Shown here: piece by piece, positions 12,694 to 24,431 of the stretch
How the letters are laid out: every line of letters begins with the position of its first letter
How positions within the stretch are numbered: the stretch's first letter is position 1
From: Octopus sinensis
Lineage: Eukaryota
Length of the DNA stretch: 64,000 nucleotides
Assembly (NCBI RefSeq): GCF_006345805.1
Contig: NC_043017.1
Location: 33,728,001-33,792,000 of the forward strand
Direction of reading: 5' to 3'
The notes under the pieces: model-generated
Told to the model about the DNA's origin: nothing
Database searches by the model: none
What the model saw: only the letters and a program-made list of their open reading frames with translations
Translations under genes and position numbers: made by a program

Positions 12694-13245
12694 TATGTTT
12701 TCATCGTTATATGTCACCGAAGACTAGTCTTTTCTATATAAGTCTTTCAAGTTTCTGCCAAGTTTATTCTGTATGTCTTTATTTAGACTAAAGGCAGCGC
12801 TATTGTGATTCAATTGCGAATCTTCTAAATCATAAAAGGAAACGGAATCTCTTATCTGCCAGAACATGAAAATACAGAAAAATGGTACTATTCAACTTCT
12901 TATGTCTAAATATTCAAATTCGAATTACAGGGTAGGAAATCAAAACTTAAGGTCGTATTTACTGCGAATGATTGTAGCGGCAAGCCATTAGAAATTTACC
13001 TAGATTTTGACAAACAACAAATTTAGTTATAAAGTACTTGTATTGCTATTTATGAATGTTGCCTTTATTTATTCAGGCTAATCGATAATAACAGTCATTG
13101 TTCTAATAGCGAAAACGGGAATAGGGTTGTGTGTTATTGATACTTCACAAAACAATTATAGACAATAAAGATTTTTCGCAAATGTTCTTAAGGTGGAAAA
13201 GACAAAATTTAATTTTCCGGGAATACACCACACTATATATCTAAT

Positions 13246-13560
13246 GTGGAAGCGCAATAGCCCAGTGGTTAGGGCAGCTGACTCGCGGTCGTAGGATCGC
13301 GGTTTCGATTCCCAGACCGGGCATTGTGAGTGTTTGTTGAGCGAAAACACCTAAAGCTCCACGAGGCTCTGGCAGAGGGTCGTGGCGTTCCCTGCTGTAC
13401 TATTTCGCCACAACTTTCCCTCACTCTTTCTTCTGTTGGCCTGTTCGCTTAGCCAGCGGACTGACGTCATTTGAAGGCTAAAACAATGCGAAGCGCATTC
13501 TGACCAGCGATTAGTAGCAACATCTGATAGCCTGGTCGGTCACGGTAATCACGGTGATAT
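13246..13560 (+). mobile_element. tRNA-related SINE family 2, tail type A
   Basis: Head GCGCAATAGCCCAGTGGTTAGGG...GGTTTCGATTCCC; tail TTGAAGGCTAAAACAATGCG...GGTGAT matches 60741-61036. Confidence 0.85.
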
Positions 13561-13830
13561 AGCTAATAGCAGCTTTGTTGAAGTCTCTTAATCTTTTACC
13601 GATCTTTCGCTTTAAATACCATACACTTTAACACACTTAATCACTCTTCAGTCCAAGACTCTCTCACTTCTAAACACGTTATACACATACGTATGCAATT
13701 ACAGAAATGCGAATATATATAGGTATGCACGCTGTTATACACACATATATAGTAACAGATATAATTATATAGATGTATGTGTTCATACGCATGTATCTGT
13801 GTATGCGGTTGCTTGCAAGTGTGTATGTGC

Positions 13831-13882
<52 letters not shown>

Positions 13883-14626
13883 GGTGTGTGCATGTGTGTT
13901 TAGATAAATAGATATATATACTTAACTGTATTATCTTTATCCTACGCTAGGTCAATCCTCCCAACTTTCACCACTATTCTCCCGCTCAATCTATATTTCA
14001 TTTCCCTGGTTTGTATATATTTTCCTTTTATGCAGATAGCTGCTTCAAGCCATGTTTATCTCTTTTGGGAGAAACCTCATTTCGATATGTTCAATCAAAA
14101 AAAACGGGTGGTATATTTATGATGGCTTTAAGGTATTTCCTTATCTATTCTGAAACGAAAGGAACCAATCTCGAAAAAGGAACACAAATTCGCAGAATAA
14201 TATAAAAATATTGCGAGAGGCGTAAACAAAGAAAGAGTTCGAAATGTATATATGCATGTGTGTTTGTGTGTGTTTGTGTGTGTATGTGTGTATGTGTGTA
14301 TTCAGGTGTATATATGAGTATGTGTATGAGTGTGTATGTGGGTGTGTGTGTGTGCTTGCGCGCGTGCCTGTGTCTATGTCAGTATGTGTATGTACATACA
14401 TGCATACGTTTACTAAGTTATTTTCTTGTATTTAAACAAATGCCTTTAGATAAATATACATTCCCTCTATATACACACACGAACCTATAAGTGTGTATAT
14501 AGATATATTATGTATTAGTTGGAGTGGTATCCTCAACCAATATGAGAACATCAATCCCAATAATATATAATATAAAAAAATTCCCCATCTCAGAAATACA
14601 GAATTTATACATATATACACACACAC

Positions 14627-14660
<34 letters not shown>

Positions 14661-14718
14661 GTAGGTATGTATATATATAAATATATATATATATATATAC
14701 ATACATATATATATATAT

Positions 14719-15100
14719 GGCTGTATGGTAAGTAGCTTGTTTACCAACCACGTGGTTCCGGGTTCAGTCCCACTGCGTGGCACCTTGGACAAGTGTCTTC
14801 TACTATAGCCTCGGGCGGACCAGAACCTTGTGAGTGGATTTTAGTAGACGGGAACTGAAAGAAGCCCGTCGTATATATGTATATATATGTGTGTGTGCGT
14901 GTATGTTTGTGTGTCTGTGTTTGTCCCCCTAGCATTGCTTGACAACCGATGCTAGTGTGTTTATGTCCCCGTCACTTAGGGGTTCGGCAAAAGAGACCGA
15001 TAGAATTAGTACTAAGCTTACAAAGAATAAGTCCCGGGGTCGAGTTGCTCGATTAAAGGCGGTGCTCCAGCATGGCCGCAGTAAATGACTGAAACAAGTA
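14719..15100 (+). mobile_element. SINE family 1
   Basis: Colinear with 101-535. Confidence 0.85.
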
Positions 15101-15323
15101 AAAAAAATATATGTATATGCATATATGTGTGTATGAATGTATCTCATATTATGTATATGTGACTGAAACACGTAAAAGAGTAAAAGAGTATATATATACA
15201 TATAAAAATGCACACACACACATATATGTATGTATGTATATATGTATTTATGTATATATACATACATATATATATATATATATAAGTAATGTTTATCGCT
15301 GTTCTAACATATCTGTTCCGCAG

Positions 15324-15554
15324 GAACCGACGTTGGTCCTATATCTAACCCTAGGAGGACGCCTCCTCCAGCTGGTTATTCGACGCAATCTGCACCCGAT
15401 ATACATTACGAGCAGGATGTGAACTCCTACCATTTCCTAGTCACGAGACCACCAGTTTCGTACAGTTTTGGCTGCTTTACTGTGGATATTCAGCACGGAA
15501 TTTTGACAGTGAACAGGTCGTGGATTCATATAGTCCTGTGTATGAATCTATTTT
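15324..15554 (+). other. Candidate coding exon of an unidentified gene
   Basis: TCTGTTCCGCAG acceptor; frame GTDVGPISNPRRTPPPAGYSTQSAPDIHYEQDVNSYHF... open to 15664; GC-richer than flanks; possible donors GTATGA (15540) or GTACGT (15555); no homology recognised. Confidence 0.3.
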
Positions 15555-15609
15555 GTACGTGTGTGTGTGTGTTTGCTAGTGTGTATGCGGGTATACTCTT
15601 TACTTGTTA

Positions 15610-16003
15610 CTCTTTTATTTGTTTCAGTCATTTCACTGCGGCCATGCTGGAGCACCGCCTTTAATCGAGCAACTCGACCCCGGGACTTATTCTTTTGTAA
15701 GCCCAGTACTTATTCTATCGGTCTCTTTTGCCGAACCGCTAAGTAACGGGGACATAAACACACCAGCATCGGTTGTCATGCAATGCTAGGGGGACAAACA
15801 CAGACACACACAAACATACATATATATATATACATATATACGACGAACTTCTTTCAGTTTCCGCCTACCAAATCCACTCACAAGGCTTTAGTCGGCGCGA
15901 GGCCATAGTAGAAGACACTTGCCCAAGGTGACACGCAGTGGGACTGAACCCGGAACCATGTGGCTGGTAAACAAGCTACTTACCACACAGCCACTCCTGC
16001 GCC
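15610..16003 (-). mobile_element. SINE family 1, inverted relative to 14719-15100
   Basis: Reverse complement of the family consensus, ending CCACTCCTGCGCC. Confidence 0.85.
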
Positions 16004-16671
16004 TATGTATATATTTTTGGGCGAATGTGTGGGTGAGCATCTGTGTGTTTCAAGTGAGTTAGTTTATGATATATATGAACTAACTGTTACTTTCTTAGAT
16101 GCAGCACAGAAATTTGTCAGTGAACATGTCGCGGTATCACAGCGACGAAAATATTTTGACAAATTAAATCTAAATGTGGAACACACATGCACGCCCGTAC
16201 ACCCACGTACATGCGCCTATAAGTATATACTCATCCACCCTCACTTGAAACACACACATTCGCCAAAACATATATACATACCCGCATACACGCTCGTACA
16301 CACACACACGTGCGCACAAAATAGATTCATACACACGACTATATACGCACATGCACAAGAAAAGCAGGGCTAAAGGCAAAATACAGAGAAATGTGTAAAA
16401 AAATGTAAAAACAATAAGCTATAAGAGTAAAATACGTGAATATATGCACATACTCGTATACACGCACACACGCACGTCTATATACGCGCATACCCGCACA
16501 CTTATATAAACGCACACATACGCGCGCGCGCAAAAAAGGTTCATACACACGTCTATATACGCATATGCATGTGAGGTCACAGGAATTTATTCAACGAAAA
16601 AAACTCCTATGATTCTAAGCTGCATCGAAGATATACATTGGAGAAGGTTACACCGAAGGTTTGCATACTAT

Positions 16672-16704
<33 letters not shown>

Positions 16705-16923
16705 TAGTCAATTTAGGGTAGCAAAAAAGTTCAATAGAAATTTATCGCAACCAGCGGCCTGGTGAAAAAGAGAAAATAGTCATCGACTAAATATATAAAT
16801 ATAACGATTTAGGAGTGACCCCAACAGGTCACTCGTCCACCAGAAAGAGCAGCCATAACTCACACCGCCAAGTATTAGTAATTCAGAAATTAGGTGAAAA
16901 TTTAAAAACATTTACCTAATTCA

Positions 16924-17025
16924 TCTTTTAGACGTTGCAACGTTTCTGTGTCATTAATGATTAAATTAGCTTAATTAAATTAAATTAAGCCAATCTACCA
17001 TAGGTTACACTTCATCAGTAAAAGA
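16924..17025 (-). ncRNA. Type I hammerhead ribozyme, copy 1
   Basis: Stem I TCTTTTA/TAAAAGA, CTGATGA, GAAAC, palindromic stem III ACGTTGCAACGT, GUC site; A.A mismatch at base of stem II. Confidence 0.75.
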
Positions 17026-17394
17026 CCTGGGAGAGACAAATATACACGAGGCGTCTGTATCGATGCCTACGGGATTTCTGACTTAAAATTTTCAAGACTG
17101 ACTTATTCGCGCCAAACTTATCAACAGTAAATATAACTGCCGATTCAATCTCAGAATTATTCAGAAAATTATCATTAGTCAATTTAGGGTAGCAAAAAAG
17201 TTCAATAGAAATTTATCGCAACCAGCGGCCTGGTGGAAAAAGAGAAAATAGTCATCGACTAAATATAAATATAACGATTTAGGAGTGACCCCAACAGGTC
17301 ACTCGTCCACCAGAAAGAGCAGCCATAACTCACACCGCCAAGTATTAGTAATTCAGAAATTAGGTGAAAATTTAAAAACATTTACCCTAATTCA

Positions 17395-17496
17395 TCTTTT
17401 AGACGTTGCAACGTTTCTGTGTCATTAATGATTAAATTAGCTTAATTAAATTAAATTAAGCCAATCTACCATAGGTTACACTTCATCAGTAAAAGA
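17395..17496 (-). ncRNA. Type I hammerhead ribozyme, copy 2
   Basis: Same motif as 16924-17025, 471 nt away. Confidence 0.75.
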
Positions 17497-17756
17497 CCTG
17501 GGAGAGACAAATATACACGAGGCGTCTGTATCGATGCCTACGGGATATCTGACTTAAAATTTTCAAGACTGACTACCCTAAATTTTTTGCTACCCTAAAT
17601 TGACTAATTGATAATTTTCTGAATAATTCTGAGATTGAATCGGCAGTTTATATTTACTGTTGATAAGTTTGGCGCGAATAAGTCAGTCTTGAAAATTTTA
17701 AGTCAGATATCCCGTAGGCATCGATACAGACGCCTCGTGTATATGTCTCTCCCAGG

Positions 17757-17858
17757 TCTTTTACTGATGAAGTGTAACCTATGGTAGATTGGCTTAATTT
17801 AATTTAATTAAGCTAATTTAATCATTAATGACACAGAAACGTTGCAACGTCTAAAAGA
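17757..17858 (+). ncRNA. Type I hammerhead ribozyme, copy 3 (inverted arm)
   Basis: TCTTTTA CTGATGA AGTGT...ACACA GAAAC GTTGCAAC GTC TAAAAGA. Confidence 0.75.
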
Positions 17859-17978
17859 TGAATTAGGGTAAATGTTTTTAAATTTTCACCTAATTTCTGA
17901 ATTACTAATACTGGCGGTGTGAGGTTATGGCTGCTCTTTCTGTGTGGCGAGTGACCTGTTGGGGTCACTCCTAAATCG

Positions 17979-18048
<70 letters not shown>

Positions 18049-18880
18049 GCAGCTGCCCCCTTTTTTCCGAACCAAAAAAGGGATTTGCAGCATATTAGGA
18101 GGTTAGGGTACTTGATTCCACGCAGTTTTTTTCTTTTTTCTTAGTTAAAATGGTGCGGGTGTTAATCAGAAAATTTACCCTTTATTTTTCTTTCTAGCCA
18201 TTGCTAGACAGATGACTTAGCTCATATTAGCAAATTTACAGATTTCACCGACGGGGAAATTGGTAAAATTTATGGCTGAAAATCGATTTTTACCACTATC
18301 CACGGATGCCTCGGGGAAAATAAGTTGACATAAACACAGCCATGATCGTGACCAATGTCCTAAAATGGAGTGACATGCGTGCTAATTTGTGGACATACAT
18401 AAATTACATTCACACACGCAAACACACACACATACACATACACAAATATCCTGCTTTTATAGATAAATAGATATAGATGAATTGGTGGTTTAAAATCAAT
18501 TTATTTTAATTGTTGTGTGAGAAAGTATATATAATCTGATTATAAAATAATGTCTTTCAAAAACATCCTAAATTTGAAGACTATATCTCGTGTTTAAGAA
18601 AAAAACTTTTACAATTTTATTCTTGATGAACGCTGTCACTTACCCTCTCTCCCTCACACACGCACACATACATCAACACACAACGTCTCTCTATCCCTCA
18701 CACACACACACACACACACTTTCACTCCGCAATAGCAAAAAGGAGACTAACCCATGTTAGCAAACTTCGAAACTTGTGAACGTGCATAAATTACATTCAC
18801 GTACGCACTTACACCCTACTTTTTATAGATATACAGATATATGAATTATATATATATATTATATATATATATATTATTTT

Positions 18881-19244
18881 ATATATAGAGGGCATTATTA
18901 CACATACATGCCACACGCTAAGAGGGACATTAGTCGTTTCTACCAAAACATTTACTAATCATACCCAATGCAATTTTCAAAGCAAGACATTTAAAAATAA
19001 ATTTATTTTTTAAATGTCTTGCTTTGAAAAATTGCATTGGTATGATTAGTAAAATGTTTTGGTAGAAACGACTAATGTCCCTCTTAGCGTGTGGCATGTA
19101 TGTGTAATAATGCCCTCTATATATAAATTAATATGTTCAATAAGAAAGAATTATTTTCGAAATTTTTCTCTTATGAGGTTTTTCACGCTATCTACCTGAT
19201 AATTTCTTAAGATTCCTTATTAAGAAGTTATCCTTAATTGTTAA

Positions 19245-19252
<8 letters not shown>
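18881..19252. repeat. ~240-bp palindrome plus ~130-nt tail between (TA)n tracts
   Basis: Arms 18881-19001 and 19002-19124 differ mainly by 1-nt indels. Confidence 0.85.
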
Positions 19253-19276
<24 letters not shown>

Positions 19277-19283
19277 GTGTATA

Positions 19284-19314
<31 letters not shown>

Positions 19315-19339
19315 GTTTACAAATAACACGTAAAACATA

Positions 19340-19751
19340 AATAAATACTTACCAGGGTAGCAAAAATTCACACAAGTACCAAGGGTGTAACAGTCTATTT
19401 ATAAAGGTCGAAATTCCAGGTTTTGGTGAAATGATTTTGTATCACATAGATAAATAAATAAATAAATGGAGTTAAACGCAGGTGTTATTCAAATCTTTAT
19501 ACTTCCGACATATGTTTCGAAGAAAACATTGGTATTATTCCAGAAGGAATAAAATGATGTAAAACAGTGCAATCTTCTCATCATGGATAAACAGAGACAC
19601 AAAACGTATTAATAAGACATTTTAACCGAATGTGATTACTGCATATATGACGAAGGGGACGCTGGTAAGTTATTTTTAAATAATGCCAAACTTTTCTTCG
19701 AAACATATGTCGGAAGTATAAAGATTTGAATAACGTTTAACTGCATTTATT

Positions 19752-19755
<4 letters not shown>
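19340..19755 (-). mobile_element. PLE 3' end/pLTR with an inverted partial copy and a degenerate HHR
   Basis: Reverse complement of 19450-19680 matches 45815-46010 downstream of a PLE GIY-YIG remnant; 19679-19755 is an inverted copy; GAAACATATGTC half-HHR. Confidence 0.7.
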
Positions 19756-19824
<69 letters not shown>

Positions 19825-19852
19825 ATATATATATATATATATATGTATATAT

Positions 19853-20060
19853 AGTTAATCCAAACAAGAAAGCACAAAAAGTAACACAACAACGCGAGGA
19901 TGTGGAACAAATATAGTATTATTGGACGCTCAGGAAAAAAGGAAAGAAGGAGGCTTTAACGTTTCGAGCGGAGCTCGTCGTCGGAAACATAGGAGAAGGA
20001 AAGATCCAGAGAAGGGAAGACAGAGGAAAAAAAATCGCCAACGGTACACACGCGGTCACA
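19853..20060 (-). mobile_element. ~205-bp PLE-type non-autonomous unit (family X) with a minimal HHR-like motif
   Basis: Same ends as the copies at 36284, 54837 and 61502. Confidence 0.75.
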
Positions 20061-21468
20061 ATATATATATATATATATATATAACTTATCCACGCTATTT
20101 CCTTTATCATTAATAGGAATTAGGTAAGATGAACACGTTCTTTAAACAAATGTGTTTCCTATTTTTTCTCGCATTCTGAACTCGAAAATATTGGATTACC
20201 TGAGATTTTGATGCCACAAGAATCGATATAAGTAGCAATTATATTCAGCAGTTAGCTTCGGAATTTCTAACTGTACAATTCTCTGCTACCAACATATTTG
20301 TTTTGTCAAGTATAATCATTATTACAAACGATACCAAGATATCAACTTTCTTTTCAGCCAAGCAGCTGATAGCATTTTAGAAAGGAAACTTTTGACAGCA
20401 TCTAATTTCCTCTTCCTTGAACATGGTGATTCCGGTCAAAATAAACAGATACCTCAAGTTAAAACTGGTGAACGCTGCAGAGAAATATGACAAATCTGTT
20501 TATGAATGTATAATCCATATGTTTATTCAATGGATGAGAAGTAGTTAAGCGTGGATATATGGATATTAGAGTTTTCCTTGCATATTATCTAACAACTTTA
20601 AATCTTCTGCACCAGCATTTCCATTTGAAGTTATAATGCATGGCTGTCCAACACTAAGGCGATTGAATATCGAAGGACAGCGTTCATGAACAACTCTTAA
20701 TAGAGCAGTATCAAATGTTTGATTTTAGCCTTTTGGATTAGATATACGGTTGCAGAGTATAACAGAAATTTGATGCTCTGTGCTATATATTGAAGATATA
20801 TTTTTCGCATCTGAGTAGGATGTAATCCTACTTCACTTTCATGTGTACAAATGTGAATCCATACCCATAAATATGAACATTAATATAATGCAAAATACAG
20901 ATGCCTTACGCACTAAAACAGAAATGCACATTCACACAAACATATATGTATAAATTTACATACATAATTCGACAAGACAGTTACTCACCCAGTTAAAATT
21001 AAGTCTCAAATTTTCTTCGTACCCCGCTAATGAATCAAGTGTTATGAACACACAATGGCCGGAAAGAAAAACCTCCAATGAGGTAATGCAACAACGATTA
21101 GCATATTCGCGCCCGAATCCTCTGGAAGGTATTAAGAATTAATATGCAAGTCACCCTTTAGATTCTTGCTATTAACAAGCGCATTATGATTTACCATTGG
21201 ATGGCGGATGTCGGCATACATTAAGAAAGTATTTTGCTTGTTGAAGATATTCTTCGATGAAAAAATGCCACGGGCAGTTAGCATATTTACATACAAAGCC
21301 CATGGAACGTATTAGAATGGAAACACAAGGTATCATGTGTGTGTGTGTATGAGTGCACGCGCGTGTGTATATATCATTATTTAACAGAATGACTCAATAA
21401 TATTAACAATATACATATTCTCATATTTTAGGTTCTATATTTCCTCTTTGCATCAATATATACTTATA

Positions 21469-22009
21469 CACTTTCGAATGTTACTGGTAACATGTAACCC
21501 AGTACAACCTGTTGCATGATCGGGCCGTCGGCGACTAAACCGGCAACCCCACCAGGCCTGCTTGGTGAGGAGGGTGTTTATTGGACAACTTGCGGGATGA
21601 AAAGCAAAACCCGTCAAAGGGCAGAGAAACACTTGAGAGTCAATGGCAATCCAATAAATGTCTTAAGGATGTATCATGCGCGGGGACATAGAAATTATCG
21701 GACTGAATACCCGATCGCGCGGTTAAACCATTGGGAGTGAATGACTCCTAGCCTTTGTTGGGGCATACTTCTAGGAAGGGGTAACTCAGTTAACTGGGAT
21801 AACTCCGACATAAAACCTGCGGCTAAGTGGTTACCGATGATGTTGACTTGTTCTTCTTTTCGGATTATGGCTGCTGTTGCTTAGTGAGTGGGATTGACTC
21901 AGTGCACAGCCTTTCCTCACTTTAAAAAAATCTCTTGCACAGCATGCACGATACAAACATTGATTAAGCTTCGTGCAACGGCCATACTCGTTAACGATGG
22001 TGGCAGCCA

Positions 22010-22013
<4 letters not shown>
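21469..22013 (+). repeat. ~545-bp fixed-end structured repeat, copy 2
   Basis: Colinear with 8102-8650; ends in hairpin ATGGTGG-CAG-CCACCAT followed by (TA)n. Confidence 0.75.
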
Positions 22014-22048
<35 letters not shown>

Positions 22049-22142
22049 TGTATATATATGTATATATGTATGTATGTATTACTTATATATATATATACAT
22101 AACATATATGTATATATATGTAATATGTATGTATGTATTACT

Positions 22143-22179
<37 letters not shown>

Positions 22180-22183
22180 GAGG

Positions 22184-22254
<71 letters not shown>

Positions 22255-22279
22255 ATAGATAGATAAGTGGGTATATATG

Positions 22280-22445
22280 GTGTGTGTCTGTGTTTGTCGA
22301 CCCCCCCCAAAAAAAACACCATCACTTGAAAACCGGTCCCCGGTTCGGCAAAAGAAACCGATAGAATAAGTACTAGGCTGGGGTCGATTTGTTCGACTAA
22401 AGGCAGGGCACCAGTATGGTCAGTCAAATGACTTTAACAAGTAAT
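22280..22445 (+). mobile_element. SINE family 1, degraded 3' part
   Basis: GGTTCGGCAAAAGAAACCGATAGAATAAGTACT...CAAATGACT. Confidence 0.6.
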
Positions 22446-22477
22446 AAAAAATATATATACACACACACATATATACA

Positions 22478-22880
22478 TATATATAAAACTGAGAAAGTCT
22501 GTGTGTGTGTCTGTCTGTCTGCTTGTATGTATGTATGTATGTATGTATGTATGTATGTATGTGTGTATGTATGTATGTATGTATGTATGTATGTATGTAT
22601 GTATGTATGTGTGTTTGCATGTATGTATGTATGTATGTATGTATGTATGTATGTATGTATGTATACATCGCTAAACCTCGAGAACTACCCAACCGATTTC
22701 ATTCAAACTTTACACATGCACTACTTAGGGTTCATGGCGTATCATAGGCCCAAAATGTTTTCAACTTCTTGCCTAATGCGAGCCCGGAGCAATCTCTCAC
22801 ACAGTTTCGATTTAACGTGGCAGAAGTGAAACAATAACATCTCTATTGTAATGTGAGGCAATAGCTTCACTTTAAACAGT
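22478..22880 (+). mobile_element. Helitron-like 5' fragment with an expanded (TATG)n tract
   Basis: ATATATAAAACTGAGAAAGTCTG start, microsatellite, then CCAACCGATTTCATTCAAACTT; no 3' CTAG found. Confidence 0.45.
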
Positions 22881-23309
22881 TTCTCTATTATCCCACATTG
22901 CATATATACATGCATGCATACATATAGCTATGGATGACTTAAGTTTACTTTTAACCTCCCCATTCTTACAAACACCAAATAGATAGCTAACTCGTTTTGT
23001 GATCATGAGCGCACCACACATCACGGGTGTGTGTGCTCACATTTTTGCGGATGTTGTATAATAAAGTATATAACATCTATGTATCTCTGTTGTATGAAAC
23101 GTTAATCTTATATCTTTCCAAAGCGAAAACAGAAATTCATTATAGTATTTTATCCAATCAGCTTTTGGTTCTTGATTATCTTTTCCTATCTTAATGTTGA
23201 AATATAGAAAAGGTATATTCCCTCTCGCAAACCGATATATCACTAGTTTCTTTATAATATTGGCTAAAAAAAACTTTGGCACTAAGCTAGCGATTTGAAA
23301 AATGGAAGT

Positions 23310-23464
23310 AAGTTGATTACATCGACCCCAGTGTTCAATTGATATGTATTTTATGAGCCCCGAGAGAATGAAAGAGAAAGTCGATCTCGGCGGAATTTGA
23401 ACTCAGAATATAAAGGCGGACGAAAATCATTTTGACCGGCATGCTAACAATTTTGCCAGCGCGC
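23310..23464 (-). mobile_element. SINE family 3, degraded
   Basis: GATTACATCGACCCCAGTG...GGCGGAATTTGAACTCAG. Confidence 0.7.
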
Positions 23465-23788
23465 AAATTTGTGTCTTTCTAATATTATATTTGAACATTT
23501 TTTATTGGCTTCAAAATTGAAACTGAATAAGAATTCTTGATTTAAAATATACCAAAGGCTAAATACTCGAGAATAATAGAGATTAGAATTAGTACAAGTT
23601 TGTCAGAGCAAATGACTTGAGACATGTTTTTTTTTCGCCTCTAAGTTCATATCTCTTTGTCGGGAGTTTTCTAATCTCCCATTTTTCAAAACAAAATTGG
23701 CTCCAGGTGAGGATTGCAAGACGTTCTCGCCTCTGTAAAAGTGTACCGAAAAAGAGAAAGTGCGATCAAATAAACTGTGTGTGTGTGT

Positions 23789-23828
<40 letters not shown>

Positions 23829-24431
23829 GAGTGTGAGTGTCTCATGGTTAGGCACGATCTTCTGAGATGATTGCCGTCTTATATTTTGAGATATTCATCC
23901 GTCTTTGAATTAGTGACAAAAGTATATACAAAACTGGCTTTCAATATCACTGCAGTATACGGCGGAGAAAAACTCTGGCCTATGATCGCTAGATCCGCAT
24001 TTCACTCTTTCCGTAGCGCAAACCTAAGAGAGATAACCCTGAGCTGACAGAAACCTTTAGCCTTATAATAAATCAGTACATATTATTTATTGATTTGCAC
24101 CAGAAGACCGCTCGGTTTGATCAAATTAATAAGTAGTTGCAAAGTGATGTGAAATGATCGATATGACACCTGCTTTAATTGTTTGTTTAGTTCAGTCATG
24201 CTATGTGAGAAAGGAAAATAAATTCAAAAAAATTAAATTGATATTTTATGATGTCAAATTCTGGGTGTTTGCATGTTTGTATGTACGAATCCTCAATGGT
24301 GATGGTCCTTAGTTTTCGGTTGTTTGTTTGTTAATCATAATAGTAGTTGTAGTTTTTAGCAAATTACAGGTTTATTTTAATCCTTCCTGAAAATGTTGAT
24401 ATTAAAGAAGTGCTATTAAACGTGTGAGATA

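Larger units (their letters stand above)
16703..17983. mobile_element. Tandem plus inverted array of a 471-bp HHR-bearing non-coding unit (retrozyme/PLE pLTR-like) inside (TA)n
   Basis: Unit starts ATTAGTCAATTTAGGG at 16703 and 17174; inverted copy from about 17575 to 17983. Confidence 0.85.

Noticed and set aside
16703-17573. Tandem repeat considered as CRISPR or satellite
   Set aside because: No repeat-spacer structure; fewer than two full 471-bp units and an HHR in each fit a retrozyme/PLE origin better.
20580-20810. Minus-strand frame with one stop (…LLRVVHERCPSIF…)
   Set aside because: Possibly a decayed TE ORF, but no family motif recognised.
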